Part shown: one piece after another, positions 27,636-42,412 of the stretch
Layout: each line of letters starts with the position of its first letter
Numbering within the stretch: the stretch's first letter is position 1
NCBI GenBank assembly: GCA_951406725.2
Contig: OX597816.1
Location: 69,936,001 to 70,000,000 of the forward strand
From: Octopus vulgaris
Taxonomy: Eukaryota
Direction of reading: 5' to 3'
DNA: 64,000 nt
Notes under the pieces: generated by a model
What the model was told of the DNA's origin: nothing
The model's input: the letters and a program-made list of their open reading frames with translations, nothing else
Databases searched by the model: none
Translations under genes and position numbers: made by a program

Positions 27636-28094
27636 TGTGTGTGTGTGTGTTTAATGACTGAACCAGGCTCGTATATACTCCACTGGATACACCATAGTTA
27701 AATTCATCCAGCTATTTAAAAATTTTCATAAATGTTGGGAATTATCTGGGGCTACATCTTCAAGTTGACATAAACGAGAATAGGTAACATCCGATATGCG
27801 ATAAATAAAGTAAATATACGTGAAATGAAGTACGTTCACCGCTGCAAGACTTTCTATTTCGAAAACCGTATTTCTCATCGGACCGTTTCAATACGCAACT
27901 GCGACCTACACATTACACCACTTTCGCCGCAGAATAGCACACTCACAAAAGTTGTAAAGAATCGTTAATTATTTCGAAATACATTACGTAAGACATCTAA
28001 TTTCAAGGCCCAGAAACAAGTGCAAATTTTAACAACTCTTCCAACTGAAATGCTGATATATCCACATTAAGTATTTCTTTTTTCTTTTTTTGGA

Positions 28095-28290
28095 AATTAC
28101 ATATCGCGATTCACCTATCGCGGTTTATTATTTAACACTCTGTGGTGTTGTTTTGCTTTATAATAAAATAATTATATAAAATTATAAAAATATTTTTCAA
28201 AATATGCAGTACTGTTTATATTTCGCGGATTTTCACCTGTCGCGGTGGGTTTTGGAACGTAACCTCCGCGAAAGTCGAGTGTTTACGTTA
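28095..28290. mobile_element. Tigger/pogo-like MITE remnant
   Basis: Repeated TCACCT(A/G)TCGCGG motif and GGAACGTAACCTCCGCGA terminus resemble this MITE class. Confidence 0.45.
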
Positions 28291-28679
28291 TACACACTTC
28301 ATAAATTTTCGTGTTTACAGTCATTGTTCCATGCATTATAATGCATTTTGTGTCATTCAAGATCGTTGAGAACAGGCCATCAAATCAGAAAGGAAGGCAG
28401 CGAAGTTAAAATGGGATTACGCCCTCTTTTAAATGTAGAAGATAAACGTAATCAACCAGACGACAAAAGAATTAAAGTTTGCATGACAATAAAGAAAAGA
28501 TTAGGCCAGGAGCTTAAATATCCTACATCAATAACACTTTTGGCGCATCCACAATTTTCAAATCTCTCTGGAAATGGAGAGTTCAACAGAGTGTTAAAAC
28601 GTTGATGAAATCCTAACATAGGACAGGGCAGCTGATCCTATATTTTCTGTCGTCCTCTGTATGTGTGGGTATATAAATA

Positions 28680-28719
<40 letters not shown>

Positions 28720-28906
28720 TATATAGACAAATAGATATAGATAGATAGATATGTATATATATGTGAATGGCTAGATACATACATAGACACAGAGATAGAT
28801 AGATAGATAGATACATACATACATACATACATACATACATACAACGACAGGCAAACAGGTAGATAGATTTAGATATAGTTTCAGATTTAGATAATATATG
28901 CTTATG

Positions 28907-28958
<52 letters not shown>

Positions 28959-29349
28959 AATATATTTACAAGTATATATATATATATATATATATATACA
29001 GACATATATTATATAGATATATATAATATACACATATATGTGCGTGAGTAAATACATATATATTTACATATATACATATAGATATATATGTGGTGTATGA
29101 GTGCGTATATTTTCGTATAGAATAATTTTGTATCAAGTTAGCGACAAATAATACTCATACATTTTTATACACGCTCTCATAATTCGTATATGAAACATAA
29201 TCATAAACATATGCACTTTGAATATTGCACAGCACCACTTATACACAGTTACCCACATACGCACATCTTACGCACATACGTGACACCTCTACATATGCCC
29301 CTAACAACACATTCAGTATAACACACTCACACACATTCACACACACATA

Positions 29350-29396
<47 letters not shown>

Positions 29397-30329
29397 ATGT
29401 ATATCCTTGCACACTTACAGGCAGACATACTTTTACTGTCAGACATCAATAATCGTATTATTTTCGATAAGAAGAACTTCAGCTTTAAAGCAATCGCCTT
29501 CTATTCTGACTTAAAGGTCAGATAGAAAAAGTCATGTGAACACACAGAGAAAAGACTAGAGTAGGAATTCTTTGGAGCTTTTAAGGAAATAATGAAACAG
29601 CGAAATCCAAACCGTATTTACAGTAGTTTTCTATAGAAATTACTTGGGTAATTTTCGACCGGAATTTGGTAATTTTTCTCAATTTTAGATTCATTTGGCC
29701 GGTTGTATATTTTCACAAAATAATAGAGTCTTTGTATGCCACCTGATTGTTGTCTATTCATTCGATTTCTGCAGTGTTTTAACCCTAATGGCTAGACATT
29801 CAATGCTGAGTGACTATGTCATTTATTTGCATTTGTTTGTGGACGATGGAGGGTGGAGTGTGGTTGACTGGGAATGTGAGCGTGTGTGGTTGAAGTGGTT
29901 GGGGGGTGTGAGTGTGTGTCGATGTCAAACTTTTTAGCCTGCTTTCTTTTCTTTGTTATTTCTGTATTTCTGTATTTTTGTTTGTTATTCCTGTGTTTTT
30001 TTTCTTACAATTCTTCTAGTTACCAGACTGTGGCCATACGGGGGCACCGCCTTGAAATGTTTAGCAGACTACGCCAACTCCAGTGTTTATATTTAAGTCT
30101 GGGTCTTATTTTATCGATCTCGTTTGTAGGACCGCTAAGTAGAGGGACGTAAGCAAATCAACACTTATTACCAAGCGATGAATTTGGACACAAATTCTAA
30201 GACACAGCCATTCATATGCACAAATGCACATTCACATACATATGTATATGTGTATGTATGCATGTATGTATGTACGTACGTATGTATGCATGCATGTGTG
30301 TGTGTGTGTGTTATGTGAGGTCCCTTTCG

Positions 30330-30800
30330 AGTGCTACTGGTAACATGTAACCCAGTACAACCTGTTGCATGGTCGGGCCGTCGGCGACCCCATCAAGCTT
30401 GCTTGGTGAGGAGAGTGTTTATTGTACACCCTGCGGGATGAAAAACAAAACCCATCAAAGGGCGGAGGAACGCTTGAGAGTCAACGGCCATCCAATAAAT
30501 GTCTGAAGGCTGTATCATGCGCGGGGACATAGAAATAATCGGACTGAATACCCGATCGCGCGGTTAAACCATTAGGAGTGAAGGACTCCTAGCCTTTGTT
30601 AGGGCATCCTTCTAGGAGAAGGTAACTCAGGTAACTGGGATAACTCCGACATAAAATCTGCGGCTCAGTGGATACTGATGATGTCGACTTGTTCTTCTTT
30701 TCGGATTATGGCTGCTGTTGCTTAGTGAGTGGGATTGACTCAGTGCACAGTCTTTCCTCACTTTAAAAAAAAACTCTTGCACAGGCATGGCACGATAATA
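30330..30800 (+). mobile_element. RTE-5'UTR-like non-autonomous element
   Basis: GC-richer island between (TG)n and (TATG)n with GGCATCCTTCTAGGAGAAGGTAACTC, resembling the RTE 5'UTR motif. Confidence 0.45.
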
Positions 30801-30867
30801 ACATTGATTAAGCTTCGTGCAATGGCCATACTCGATAACGAGTGTGCAGCCACCATGTATGTATGTT

Positions 30868-31165
30868 GAAGGAGCATAGCTTATTGGTTAAGGTGTAACA
30901 CTCACGATTGCGAGATCGTGGGTCGATTCCCAGACAAGGCTTTGCATTTTGTTCTTGAGCAAAGCACTTCATTTCACGTTGCTCTGTGATCATTTCATCA
31001 TCTCACATGTGGCACCCGTTGCACCTGTGCAGGTAATGTTGATTTAATGGAGAGAGTGAGCTTATGTCTAAACAAATATTTGATTACTATAAACAAATCA
31101 TCTGTGTGGTTGATCGGTAAGAAATTGTCGAAACCTCATACGTCGTCTAACGACGGGAGAGCCCG
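30868..31165 (+). mobile_element. SINE family D (relatives at ~39715-39975; head only at ~26169-26210)
   Basis: tRNA-like head with GGGTCGATTCC, then GTTCTTGAGCAAAGCACTTCATTTCACGTTGCTC shared with the 39715 copy. Confidence 0.7.
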
Positions 31166-31344
31166 TTGTGTATGAATGCATGTATATATATATATATGTA
31201 TGTATGTATGCATGTATGAATGTATGAATGTATGTATGTATATATGTATGTATATATGTATGTATCAATGTATGTATATATGTATGTATGTATTATGTAT
31301 GTATGTATGAGTGTGTATGCGTGAGTGTGTTTATGTATGTATGA

Positions 31345-31990
31345 ATGTCGTTATTCTGTTTATTTCAAGATTTCTTGCCAATAGAGAAAGAACCGGTTTC
31401 TAACCTAGATCCAAGACTCCTTCATTGGAATTTCAACATCAACAACATGGTAGTTTTGTATATATGTATGCATGTATGTATGTATGTATGTATGTATGTA
31501 TGTATGTATGTATGTATGTATGTATGCATGCATGTATGCATGTATGTATGTATGTATGTATGTATGTATGTATGTATGTATGTATGTATGTATGTATGTA
31601 TGTACAGATTTATGTAGGCATTTTCATGCATAGTGTTACATATCTAGACATGCTCATATATATTTAAATGATAAACTTCTGGAAAGTTTTACAGATTTTT
31701 ACAGTTCCACTGATGGCTTGGATCTGTAGTCTTCGAATTTGCTTTCTTCTTTCTGGTTTTGATAAGCCTAATTTCTACATATTGGTATTCAAGCAGTGTG
31801 TTAAATACCCCAGGGCACCAATAATTACAGGTATAAACCTGAACTTGCAATCTGGGTAGAGTAACTACAGATTTCTCAATAGTTCAGCCTGGGGGTTCTG
31901 TTTTTCATTGATCTTTAGCTTTATGTTAATATCCGCTGGGCAGCTAGTTTCTACAACTGAGCATAGTTTCTGTCTCCTCTATCTCAAATC
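31345..31990 (-). pseudogene. R4/Dong-like LINE 3' remnant split by (TATG)n
   Basis: Minus strand reads KFRFIPVIIGALGYL. Confidence 0.65.
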
Positions 31991-32244
31991 ATTGTATCAG
32001 GTCTCTTGTGCTTATATTTTATTCGGGTCTTCACTACTAAATTCCACCAGTTTTTCTTTTTATTATGAGTGGCTATGGCTTCTACTATATTGTGAGTTCT
32101 TATGCATGCATGCATGTATGTATGTTTGGGTGTATGTATGTATGTATGTATGTATGTATGAATGAATGAATGAATGAATGAATGAATGAATGTGACGGAT
32201 TTCCCCACAGTTTCCGTCTGCAAAAGTTCAGTTTCAAAATATCG

Positions 32245-32601
32245 GGGCCAGTCGATTAGATCGACCCCAGTACGCAACTGGTACTTAATTTATCGACCCC
32301 AAAAGAATGAGAAGCAAAGTCGACCTTGGCGGAACTTGAACTCAGAACGTAACGGCAGACGAAATACATATTTATTTACTACCCACAAGGGGCTAAACAC
32401 AGAGAGGACAAACAAGGACGGACAAACGGATTAAGTTGATTATATCGACCCCAGTGCGTAACTGGTACTTATTTAATCGACCCCGAAAGGATGAAAGGCA
32501 AAGTCGATCTTGGCGGAATTTGAATTCAGAACGTAGCAGCAGACGAAATACCGATAAGCATTTCTCCCGGCGTGCTAAGGTTTCTGGCAGCTCACCGCCT
32601 T
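32245..32601 (-). mobile_element. SINE family B, dimeric
   Basis: Reverse complement of the 13020 copy; two core units. Confidence 0.85.
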
Positions 32602-33374
32602 AGATACGTAGATATTATTATATCAATGACAGGCTTATTGCTTCTGACATTGGAAACTTTAGTGGAAAGACAATCCAGCGAATGGTCTATTTTCATCAAA
32701 CTCAGACCACCTCCAAGAGCTAAGCATCGACATTTATTTGCCCTAACTCTAATTTTGTTGCTGTCATCGTATCTACAGTTCAATAACGGTAGTCAATAAT
32801 TCATACAACCAAAGCCCCAGAATGCTAAAATACGAGTTATATTTACTAAGAACCAAATTACTATTTGGACATCGTATAAAAATAAGAGTAATAGCTAAGC
32901 ATAAAACGAAAGACAAGTAACAAGCTGTGCAACACCAAAATTTACGATACTCATCATATGTTACAAACTTATCTACAATAAATCTAAATAGAGGCAAGAG
33001 GTCGATTAAATCGGCCGCAGAATATTGATACTTGAGGACTGAATGGAGAAGATGGCTACGCGAGATAGGCATATACATCCTTAATACCTCAAAATAATAA
33101 TAATAAGCGCCAAACATTTGTGACCAGAAACTTTAAGGGCCCCGACAATGCACTGTTTTTGAGTATTGCATATAGTCAGACTATTGTATGTATACATATA
33201 TATATATGTGCGTGTCTGTATGGGTGGGTGTGTATTTTTGAGTGTGTGTACGTATCTGTATATATGTGTGTGCGTCTATAACTGTATATATGACATGTAT
33301 GTATATATATATATATATGTAGATAGATAGATTGGTTAGCGCGCACACACACACATATACATATATATATATGC

Positions 33375-33420
<46 letters not shown>

Positions 33421-33984
33421 CTCCGTGGCATACGGCTTTCAAATATGAACTTCTAGTTGAGCATGCGTGCAGTGGTCTTAATATTTTGTTTCTGTTTGAT
33501 AAATAAGTCGTTAGCTTGAATATTTAATTTTGTCAATTTTGAATTATCAGTGTGTAAATTTTAAACAGAATGTGTTTTATTAAATTTTATATGGGTGTGT
33601 GTGTGCCTATTTCCAAAATGTCGCTATTAATCAACTTCTTGAGACGACGCATGAGTGGGAAATGTTTATTAATTAAGATGAAGTTAAATTAAAATATCAC
33701 AGTTTCAATCACACCTGTTTTTTATTCAAAGAGACAAAAATTATCACCAAATTGTCAAACTAAATTTGAAAATCGAAAGATTACAGTACCAAAGTCGAGA
33801 CTCCATAAAAAATACTTAACGCTATAAAATGCACTTCTATGGAACAAGAATTTGGAAGTTTCTGTAATCAGGATAAGAAATTCATTCTAGTAAATCACAA
33901 AATCTTGCGACAACTTAAACTGGTTCATTACTTTCAAAGTGTACTTTATGAATAATTGAATTTTTTTTTTTTGTAATATTATGA

Positions 33985-34500
33985 GATGGTTTGTGCTGCT
34001 TTCATGTCGTCAACGTAGACATTGGGAGTGACTGTGGCTATCAATAAGACAGTGTTACCACAAGTAGCAATAGTCTTAGTAGTGTTCTTGAGTGACTCCT
34101 CTCAAAACTAAAGTCACTTCTGAGAAAATGCTGTTGGCTGCAACCGAAGAACGTCTGTATTTTAAATCGATGTACAGCCAGTCTCTTAATTTTTCTATCA
34201 TACTAAGATCGCGCAGTTTGTAACATGCTTAACTTTATCGAACTCTTTCGTAAAAACGTGGTATATCACATTCACGGTTGTATGACTGAATCGTTGTTTC
34301 AATATCCAGTTATAAGGATATTGTTGTGTAAGGTTGAAACTTCCTGGACAGAAGCCATCCCGCTTGTCTCAGTGAAGGAACTGTCTTCTTTGAGCTCAAT
34401 CAGCTTTCATCTAGCAATTAGCTCTACTTCTTCATTTACGGAATGCATATATTCTGCCTTCATTTATCTTTTGGCTAAGTTCACCATATTCAATGAAGGT
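33985..34500 (-). pseudogene. Highly decayed CR1/L2-like reverse transcriptase fragment
   Basis: Minus strand KEFDKVKH, DWLYIDLKYRRSSVAANSIFSEVTLVLRGVTQ and YVDDMK correspond to KAFDKV, SGVPQG and YADD. Confidence 0.6.
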
Positions 34501-34519
34501 TTAAAAATGAATCACTGAA

Positions 34520-34935
34520 AAGATTCCCTAAACTCGAGCTCTTCAAAAAGAAGATTATGGTGATTGTCCGATGATGCACTGCTGGGCTCATTCACCATAA
34601 CTTCTTAAAACCCAGAGAAACCAACACTGCAGAAACATATCGGTATTAAATTACCAAAATGAACGGAAAACTGGTCAACAGAATAGGGTCGCCAATCATG
34701 ACAAAGCACGAACACACCTTTCACTAACTACGCTCTAGAAGTTGTGGGAACTTGGCTACGAAGTTCTTCCCCACCCAGCTTATTCCTCCTACCGACCACC
34801 AAGCACCTTGATGCTAAAAGTGAATTCAAAGAGTTCATCAGCTCCAGAACACCAGATTTTGTATGTTACCGGGATAAACAAACTTGTAACTACTTCGAAA
34901 AAATGTGTTGATTGTAATAGTATTTACTTTGAGGA
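34520..34935 (+). pseudogene. Mariner transposase C-terminal remnant
   Basis: KKIMVIV..GLIHHNFLKP.ET..AE.Y, HDKARTH, ELGYEVLPHPAYS, GINKLV...KKCVDCNSIYFE. Confidence 0.85.
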
Positions 34936-34990
34936 ATACAATTTCCGCATTGTTGAAACTTGTGGAGGTACAAACAACACAAAAGTGCTG

Positions 34991-35039
<49 letters not shown>

Positions 35040-35071
35040 TTGATTTGCATAAATCTCTAATCTTTTTCAGG

Positions 35072-35108
<37 letters not shown>

Positions 35109-35469
35109 AGCTGTTGGACTCGGCGTTGCTCGTGTTTTTCATGTTGAAGTTAATCCCACCTCTGACCTTATATTGAATAAGCATTCCCTTAGAGACTATT
35201 CTATCGATTTTGTTGACATCTTACACGTGAAAAAGTGCAAAAGCTGCTGGAAAAAAAAATATCGGTATGGGCATTTTCATTCAAACGCCCTATGGAGCTC
35301 ACAAAAATAGATGCCAACTGAGCACTATTGAGGTTTCGAAAAATTCGGGCGTTGTTTGAACTTCAGGGCATGTCATCTACATATGTCCCAAACATCATTA
35401 AAAGCGGTTGGACGGTGTGGAAGGACAGACACCATTACCCATTTATGCATGTTTATATATATATATATA

Positions 35470-35718
35470 ATAATAAATATTAGGGAATAAATCCAAATTT
35501 ACAGGGAAAAATCAGATTTAGGATTGAATCCAATTTTATAGTAAAATATTATATAATATTATTAGAGACAAAACCACTATTTTGCAAATCAAACAAGGAA
35601 AGACTTAATCAATACATAAGAAATTTTAATATAAAGTAAATAAATAAATAAATAAATAAATAAAGTCTTTCCTTGTTTGATTTGCAAAATAGTGGTTTTG
35701 TCTGTAATAATATTATAT
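35470..35718 (-). mobile_element. Short palindrome (arms ~35551-35606 and ~35663-35718) with tail; probable PLE terminus
   Basis: GACAAAACCACTATTTTGCAAATCAAACAAGGAAAGACTT and its reverse complement; tail resembles 4917-4960. Confidence 0.6.
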
Positions 35719-35814
35719 ATATATCAGACGGAGGTAGAAACAACACAGAAGTGTTGTTTTATATGTATAAGAATTTGATTTGTATAGATCTCTAGACTTT
35801 TTCAAACTATATAT

Positions 35815-36220
35815 ATATAGTTAAAAAAGTAAATCAAGTTGGAAAAAAAACAGAAGTATATTTTAGAGAATGTTTAATATTTTTGTTATTGTGGGTGATT
35901 TAAAAAATAAGTAGTTTCGATGTATCTACCTTATCAAATATTATAAAGAATGTTTTGTGAAGTCAAAAAAAAGGAAAATTTTGGTGGGACTTTACAGTTT
36001 GTACTTATATATGAGTTCGACTGAAATATGGATGCAAACTGTTAAACTCCAAAATATTTGTTAGTGTCTATTTCCTCAAATAATTCTTTGTAATATTTGA
36101 TACGAAGGATACATCGAAAGCGGTAATATATTTGAAATCACTCGCTGTAACAGAAATGTTAAACACTCTCTGAAATATAATTATCTGCTGTTTCCAAATT
36201 TATTTTCTTTTTAAGTATAT
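35815..36220. mobile_element. Old diverged ~400-bp palindrome with degenerate U3-A8 hammerhead
   Basis: TTTCGATGTATCTACCTTATCAAATATTATAAAGAAT versus ATTCTTTGTAATATTTGATACGAAGGATACATCGAAA; centre near 36020. Confidence 0.6.
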
Positions 36221-36261
36221 TTTTGATTTGTATGAACTCTTAAACTCTTTTCAAGTATATC

Positions 36262-36351
<90 letters not shown>

Positions 36352-36360
36352 CACACATAT

Positions 36361-36771
36361 AGGCACAAGAGTGGCTGTGTGGTAAGTAGCTTGCTAACCA
36401 ACCACACGGTTTCGGGTTCAGTCCAACTGCGTGGCAACTTGGGCAAGTGTATTCTGCTATAGCCCCGGGCCGACCTATGCCTTGTGAGTGGATTTGGTAG
36501 ACGGAAACTGAAAGAAGCCTGTCGTATATATATATATATTTATATATATGTATGTGTGTGTGTGTCTGTGTCTGTGTTTGTCCCCCTAGCATTGCTTGAC
36601 AGCTGATGCTGGTGTGTTTACGTCCCCGTCACTTAGCGGTTCGGCAAAAGGGGTCGATAGGATAAGTACTGGGCTTACAAAGAATAAGTCCCGGGGTCGA
36701 TTTGCTCGACTAAAGGCGGTGCCCCAGCATGGCCGCAGTCAAATGGCTGAAAGAAGAAAAAAAGAGTAAAG
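36361..36771 (+). mobile_element. SINE family A, full length
   Basis: TGGCTGTGTGG A box, GGGTTCAGTCC B-box-like, internal (TA)n(TG)n, AAAAGAGT-type tail. Confidence 0.9.
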
Positions 36772-36825
36772 ATTAATATATATATATAAAACATTTAAAT
36801 ATATATATATATATATATAAGTTAC

Positions 36826-36958
<133 letters not shown>

Positions 36959-38814
36959 AGTAACATAAAGAGCGACCCTTCATCAGTCTTCCGCTGTCCA
37001 ACTACTCCTCATTTCGGGCAGCGGTTATAGTTACCGACTAAGGGATAAAATATCCGTATATACTATCGGTATCTCTTATCTTTATTACCCCCGGGCATTG
37101 GTGTGCAGGCACAGCAAACACGTAGAGTACAGATAACAACAGATAACAAGTGTTTATCAGGAACCAATGCAAATTTAGAAAATCGAGAAAGCCACAGATT
37201 ACCCAGCACATCGATTGGACCATATTTATAGTTTATTTTTAGCAAAACATACTAAGCAACGCTAATATTAAATTAAAAAAAAAAAACATAAAAATAAGCT
37301 TTTGACAGTTTTATACATATTTCAAATTTATGATGCCATGATGCTGTGTGTTTCCATTATTTTGTCCAACCCTTTATATGTACATATATATATATATACA
37401 ACAGGCTTCTTTCAGTTTCCATCTGCCAAATCCACTGCGAAGGCTTTGGTCGGCCGGAGGCTATAGTAGAAGACACACATCGAAGGTTTGAACACAGTCT
37501 ATTAGAACTCGAAACTATGTGGTTAGGAAACAACCTTCTTACCGTACAGCCATACATATGTAGGTACATATATTTCTTTTTTTGTTTCTCGGTGGATTGC
37601 GTGTTGGTTTCTCTTTTTGTCATGTGTGGTTTTATTTTTGATCTTCCATATAGATGAAGATATTTCCTCCGTCTGGTTGCATTTCTTTATAACCAAATGA
37701 AGAGGTACATTGCGGAACAGTTATTTTAACGAGTTTTATTTAATTATCACCCGACGAGATACATATGCACCACCGGATGCCCCTGAGCCAGTTGTTGAGT
37801 ATCCCACCCAAAAAGAATCGATGCTAGATGTTTAGAAACAATTGTGATTGATAATAAATTCTTGTACATTCCATCTTCTCTCTTTCATTTGCTATATATA
37901 TATGTGTGTGTATGTGTGTATGTATGTATATATATGTAAGTACATATGCATGTATATACATGTATGCACATATATGTGTATGTATGTGTGTGCATTTCTA
38001 TATATATGAATAATCATATGTTCCAGGGACATAGTACATTTACGTAATCATCTGTATACTTTTGTAAGTTTGTTGTGCACTTATGTGATTATGTAAATGT
38101 GTGTATGACGTACATAAGTACATTTATCAATGAATAATGCATACATGCACATGTGGTTACTTTTATACGTACATACATATGCTTCTCTGTGTACTGTGCG
38201 GTATGTTTGCTTGCTTATGTTTTTGTGAGTGTGAGTGTGTTTTCTCTGTGTTATCTATTGTGCATATAAAGATTATCGTCTGCTTTACGGAATCTTATTC
38301 TAATTCCATATAGCGATTTTAGAGATAAAAGACATCTCAACGAGTAACAGAAAACTCCATGTACGTATGTATTTATGGATGGATGTATGTATGTATGTAT
38401 GGATGGATGGATGGATGGATGGATGGATGGATGGATGGATGGATGGATTGATTGATTGATGGATGGACGGATGCATACACATTCTTCATCATTTTCTTAA
38501 TTCTCATCCCACTGTTCTTTCCTCCCTCATCTCCTGGCATTTATGCTCCTTTCCTTTTAAGTTTTTCCACCAGGGCAGAAATTTTAAAACTATCTTTTAA
38601 AAAACATTCTTTTTTCACCCTTCTGTAACAAGCAGTTCTACTCTTAGTTGATGCCCACATCGTCTAAGGCTATTAGGTCTTCACCACAGTACGGCCTTCC
38701 CTTTCTCCTTAGACATTGAACCATTTCTATAACCTCCATGGACTTTTCATCGCTCTTTTATTCTTTTGTCTTCAAAATTTTCTATTCTCTCAAAATGGTA
38801 AAATATGTTGTTAT

Positions 38815-38973
38815 AGGCGTAGGAGTGGCTGTGTGGTAAATAGCTTGCTTACGAACCACATGATTCCGGATTCAGTCCCACTGTATGACACCTTCTACTA
38901 TAGCCTCGGGTCGACCAAAACCTTGTGAGTGGATTTGGTAGATGGAAACCGAAAGAAACCCGTCGTATATATG

Positions 38974-39037
<64 letters not shown>

Positions 39038-39254
39038 CGTGTGTGTGTTTCTGTGTCTGTGTTTTTCCCCCAATATCGCTTGACAAGCGATGCTGGTGTG
39101 TTTACGTCCCCATAACTTAGCGGTTCGGCAAAAGAGGCCGATAGAATAAGTACTAGGCCTACAAAGAATAAGTCCTGGGGTCGATTTGCTCGACTAAAGG
39201 CGGTACTCCAGTATGGTCACAGTCAAATAACCGAAACAAGTAAAAGAGTAAAAG
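38815..39254 (+). mobile_element. SINE family A, full length
   Basis: Collinear with the 36361 copy. Confidence 0.9.
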
Positions 39255-39489
39255 ATTATCTGTGTTGCTTTCAATTAATTTTTCTCCAGTTCTATTACTA
39301 TTATTTTCTATCATTGTTATTATTTTCTTCGTACCTCTCCCTGAGCTTACATTTTTCCTCTTTCTACTTTTCTTGTTTATTTTCTTTGTTTGTTCTTTTT
39401 ATCTATATTTCAGCCCCGTTTATGCTTTTGATATCTCTCCACGTGCCTCACGATTTATCTTCTCTTACAGAACTAAAAATCATTTTTGT

Positions 39490-39555
<66 letters not shown>

Positions 39556-39999
39556 TATATACACATACAAATAAGAAAGATACACACACACACACGTATA
39601 TATATATATATATATAAAAACATATATATATGGATATTTATATATGTATGTGTGTGTGATATACATATATGTATGGTTAATATAGGTAAATATATTTCCT
39701 ATATACAAATGTAAGTGAGGGTGCATAGCCTAATGTTTAGGGTGTTTGTACTCTTAATTGCGATATTGTGGTTTCAATTCCGAGACCGGGTGGGGCATTG
39801 CGTTCTTGAGCATCACACCTCATCTCACTTTGCCCTGCGATCACTTCGACCACCGAAGCGTGCTACTCAGAGCGCCTGTTCCGACAAGGTTGATTTGATG
39901 GAGAATATGAGCTAATGCGCGGCATGAACAAATCAGTTTGTGCAAGTCGTTCGGCAAAAGCAGAATGCTTATAGACTTTAGCGGAAGAGTCGATCACAC

Positions 40000-40260
40000 A
40001 TTAAGTGCAGAAACAGGTCGGAGTGAACGATGTAGTATCAGAGGACCGAAACTGAAGCTCCGCTGGCTAGACGGGTCGCAAGATTCACAGACAACAGGTG
40101 GTCCCGTGCAATTGCCGAGTGGTATGCAAAAGAATGGGAAAGGACACGTGGATGGTTTCAATGACAATGGGGAGACCATTTAGTCAAGCAATTTGTCAAG
40201 ATGGAGAAGAATAGCAAAATCTAGACAAAATCGAAAAGCATTATGTGGTGTGTAACGCCA
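40000..40260 (+). pseudogene. RTE-clade LINE C-terminal remnant
   Basis: KLRW, RVARFTDNRWSRAIAEWYAKEWERTRG, WGDHL, WRRIAKSR match the RTE C-terminal pattern. Confidence 0.7.
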
Positions 40261-40487
40261 TCTGGTGTCCTACAAAATGTGCTGCATACTATTTTCTTTT
40301 TTTGTCGACTAACTCGGGTATGTGTGTGACTGTGAGTAATATTTCTGCGTGACTGTGTGTCTGTGTGTCTGCGTGACTCTGTACCTGTGTGTGTTTACGC
40401 GTGCTTTTGTCTGTGTATTTATATATAAATATATAAAAATATATAAATGCTTATATAAATCACAGATGCACACACAAACATTTATAT

Positions 40488-40644
40488 GTGTGGCTGTGTG
40501 GTAAGTAGCTTGCTAACCAACCACATGGCTCCGGGTTCAGTCCCACTGCGTGGCATCTTGGGCAAGTGTCTTCTGCTATAGCCCCGGGCCGACCAATGCC
40601 TTGCGAGTGGATTTGGTAGACGGAAACTGAAAGAAACCTGTCGT

Positions 40645-40724
<80 letters not shown>

Positions 40725-40937
40725 TTGTGTGTCTGTGTTTGTCCCCCTAGCATTGCTTGACAACCGATGCTGGTGTGTTTACGTCCCCGTAACTTAGCGG
40801 TTCGGCATAAGAGACCGATAGGATAAGTACTGGGCTTACAAAGAATAAGTCCCGGGGTCGATTTGCTCGACTAAAGGCGGTGCTCCAGCATGGCCGCAGT
40901 CAAATGACTGAAACAAGTAAAAGAGAAAAAGAGAAAA

Positions 40938-40940
<3 letters not shown>
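40488..40940 (+). mobile_element. SINE family A
   Basis: Near-identical to the 36361 copy. Confidence 0.9.
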
Positions 40941-40985
<45 letters not shown>

Positions 40986-41179
40986 GGAGGGAGGGAGAGA
41001 AGGGAGAGAAAGAGTGAAAGCAATACCACAATACAGACCTAGATCCTGAGCTGTATATGACGTCACATAGTTCCTTGCAGAATTAAATATAAGACAGTTA
41101 GGCTGGGATAATCCATTTGAGAGAATATTGTTCATATTTTTGTTATATAAAAAGCTTAAGCTACGCCGTTTACTGTAGC

Positions 41180-41357
41180 ATTGTCACCAGCAGCAGCAGC
41201 ATCAGCATCAATATCTTTCTTCCTCATCATCGTCCACATTTCTTCAGCATCAACAAGAGCAGCATTCATATTTATCATCATCACGTCGTTGCATTTATCA
41301 TCATTATTGTTATCAGCATCATATCAGCAGAAGCAACGCTCTTGTAACATTATAACA

Positions 41358-41391
<34 letters not shown>

Positions 41392-41946
41392 TATCATCAT
41401 CGTCATCGTCGTTGACGACGTCGTCGACGTCGTCGTCGTCAGCATCATCATCATCATCATCAACGTGAACGTCGTGTTCTTACCATGATGAAGCTTATTT
41501 TCACCGTACACATCTTCACGTATTCAACGTCGTCAACATCATTGCCTTCAACATCATCATCATCATCATCCTCGACAACATTAACATATTCATCATCATT
41601 AGCATCACGGTCAATGGTCATCACCGCCATTGTCGTCATCATCATCATCATCTTCATCATCATCATCATCATCATCTGCATCATTAGCTTCAAAATTATT
41701 ACCAACACCACCACCCTTTTCATCAGCATCATCATTATCATCGTCGTCACCATCATTATCTTTAAAATCTTCAGCAGCAGCTGCAGTAGTAACGTCCTCT
41801 TCGTAATCATCAAAATCATCATCATCAAAATCATCATCATCATCATCAAAATTAACATCGTTTTCTCACCACACTGAAGATTATTCTCCTCATATTCGTC
41901 TTCACGTTAGCGTCATCCACTCCCTTTAATAGTAGTGGTGGTGGTG

Positions 41947-42020
<74 letters not shown>
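41180..42020. repeat. (CAT/CAG/CGT)n low-complexity tract followed by (GTG)n(GTA)n
   Basis: Direct reading. Confidence 0.9.
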
Positions 42021-42039
42021 CAAAGCTACAATTGCAGCT

Positions 42040-42412
42040 GTTGTTGTTGTTGTTGAGCGAACGGTCTTCGTCCCAGAGCTCGCAAGATGAGGGAAGTCCG
42101 AAACGTGGTCCTTGGCTATTCGTCAGGCTCGCAGAAGAGAAAGCAGGTCAACCCCCGACACCGAGAGCATCGACGGATGGATGAATGCGAATCCAGGCTC
42201 AGCGGTTGCGTAGGATGTCGGGGACAAGAAACAGGAAGAAAGAGTGAGAGAAAGTTGGAGCGAAAAAGTACAACAGGGGTCGCCACCACCTCCTGCCGTC
42301 GTCTCGTGGAGCTTTAGGTGTTTTCGCTCAATAAACACACACAACACCCGGTGTGGGAATCGAAACCGCGATCCTCCGACCGCGAGTCCGCTGCCCTAGC
42401 CATTGCGCCTCC
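42040..42412 (-). mobile_element. SINE family C, tail type 2, ending in (CAA)n
   Basis: Family C head; tail shared with 61129-61460. Confidence 0.85.

Noticed and set aside
36975-37030. Minus-strand CCC-GAAA...CTGATGAAGGG suggesting a type II hammerhead
   Set aside because: Stems I and III cannot be formed between the motifs.
37745-37835. Short protein-like stretch (ITRRDTYAPPDAPEPVVEYP)
   Set aside because: Too short, no recognisable homology, splice context unconvincing.
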